From Octopus sinensis (Eukaryota): a stretch of DNA of 7,886 bases. Below the pieces are notes generated by a model. That model had not been told where the DNA came from and made no database searches. It worked only from the letters and a program-made list of their open reading frames with translations. Position numbers and translations under genes: made by a program. The stretch covers positions 1-7,886 of the forward strand of contig NW_021828732.1 in the NCBI RefSeq assembly GCF_006345805.1, in the 5' to 3' direction. Positions 6,484-7,886 of the stretch are shown piece by piece; within the stretch, counting starts at the first letter, position 1, and every line of letters begins with the position of its first letter.

Positions 6484-6952
6484 TCTTTCATCTTTTACTT
6501 GTTTCAGTCATTAGACTGCGGCCATGCTGGTGCAGCACCTTGAATTTTTAGTCATATTAATCAACCTCGGTACTTATTTTTTAAGCCTGGTGCTTATCCT
6601 ATCAGTTTGTTCTTCTGAACCACTAAGTTACGGGGACATAAGCACACCAACACCTGTTGACAAGCAGTAATGGGGCAGAGATCCACAAACACAGACACAA
6701 AGACACACAAACAAATACACACACACATACACACACACACAACACACACACACCACACACACACACCACACACACACACATATATATATATATACGACAG
6801 GTTTCTTTCAGTTTCTGTCTACCAAATCCGCTCATAAGGCTTCAGTCAGTTCCAGGCTATGGAAGAAGAGATTTGCCCAAAGTGCCACACAGTAGGACTG
6901 AACACAGAAACATGCCGCTGAGAAGCAAGCCTCTTACCACACAGCCATAGGG
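6484..6952 (-). mobile_element. Composite SINE: CORE-like tRNA head + (TA)n/(TG)n spacer + type-1 tail, near full length
   Basis: Head tggctgtgtggtaagaggc (A-box-like), gtgttcagtcctactgtgtggcactttgggcaa; internal microsatellite 6680-6794; tail ccagcatggccgcagtctaatgactgaaacaagtaaaagatgaaaga. Confidence 0.9.
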
Positions 6953-7233
6953 AATATAATATTTCAAGGCAACAGGAGAAAACAAACTCAATTTACTAAT
7001 ACTAAATCAAATTTCATGATATGTTATACATATATTTATATATATAAAATTAAGAGACAGAACCTCCATCAAAGTAATTAAGTAATAAAGTAATAAAATG
7101 TAAGTTTAAATGTATTATTGATATTGTACTAAAAATTACTATACTAAATAATACACATTAAATCGACAATGCGCATTTCATGACAATATATTTAAATCGA
7201 CAATATCATAATCGATAATCTCAAATATTAATA

Positions 7234-7270
7234 TTAATTTGATCCATCAAGACATATCCACTCTTCAGGT
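7234..7270 (-). other. Possible terminal exon coding stub xPEEWICLDGSN*
   Basis: Acceptor ttcttcttttatgttgtaaatttattgtatgttattcag|A CCT GAA GAG TGG ATA TGT CTT GAT GGA TCA AAT TAA, then AT-rich UTR-like sequence. Too short to identify. Confidence 0.25.
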
Positions 7271-7381
7271 CTGAATAACATACAATAAATTTACAACATA
7301 AAAGAAGAATTATAATTAAACTATACATTTAGAAATAATCGATACTATTTAACAGTATGAAAGAAAAGTAAAAGCATAACT

Positions 7382-7383
<2 letters not shown>

Positions 7384-7443
<60 letters not shown>

Positions 7444-7487
7444 TCATATATATGTATATGTAATATATATATATATATATATATATA
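7384..7487. repeat. (TA)n-(CA)n-(TA)n compound microsatellite
   Basis: Directly visible; accounts for the ORFs at 7329-7550. Confidence 0.95.
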
Positions 7488-7489
7488 AA

Positions 7490-7868
7490 GGCTGAGACAT
7501 GGCTCACTTTGAAACGACATGGTTTTAGTTTTAGCCTCACAGTGTGGCACCTTGGATAAATCTACTGCTATAACACTTCAATGACCAGCGTCTTATGCCT
7601 GAATTTGAGGGATGAAAACTGTGAGGAAGCCTATTGCATATACATGCTTATGTATGTTAATTTATCATTGTGTCTGGTTTTTCCCCCTTGACAACTAGTG
7701 TTAGCTGGTTTACATCCCTTTAACTTCGCAGTTTAGCAAAAGAGATTGATGAAATAAGTACCTGGCTTAAGAACGTGTACTTGGGTCACTTTGTTCAACT
7801 AAAAGCAATACCCCAGCATTGCCACAGTCCAGTGACTGAAGCAAGTGAAAAATAAAAAAGTTAAAAGA
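7490..7868 (+). mobile_element. Composite SINE, same family as 6484-6952, opposite orientation, diverged
   Basis: cagtgtggcaccttgg (head), gaaaactgtgaggaagcc, ttgacaactagtgttagctggtttacatccctttaactt, ccagcattgccacagtccagtgactgaagcaagtgaaaa all align with the reverse complement of 6484-6952. Confidence 0.85.
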
Positions 7869-7886
7869 TATATATGCCTCAGTGTA

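Noticed and set aside
5525-6950. Several 60-97 aa ORFs on both strands
   Set aside because: They lie within SINEs and (CA)n/(ATG)n repeats and show no protein-like features.
6955-7380. Possible mitochondrial insertion (NUMT) given the AT content
   Set aside because: No mitochondrial gene, tRNA or rRNA motif was recognisable in either code.
1-7886. CRISPR array or prokaryotic operon
   Set aside because: No regularly spaced repeats with unique spacers; the DNA is clearly eukaryotic.

Overview
AT-rich eukaryotic genomic DNA dense in microsatellites and tRNA-derived SINEs. The repeat modules match what I recall of Octopus (coleoid cephalopod) SINE families; this is recall, not a database hit. 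No recognisable conserved protein gene, RNA gene or CRISPR array is present. The main non-repeat signal is a chain of canonical splice sites on the minus strand defining four candidate exons (5338-4882, 4462-4374, 3567/3558-3429, 3294-onward), followed by a ~1.5 kb 3'UTR-like region with several poly(A) signals. The exons splice into a 126-aa ORF I cannot assign, and a second frame is also open across exons 2-4, so this may be an orphan gene, a lncRNA or a decayed gene. The rest is about ten SINE copies or fragments (some in inverted pairs), a degraded RTE-like LINE 3' end, and simple repeats that explain most ORFs in the supplied track.
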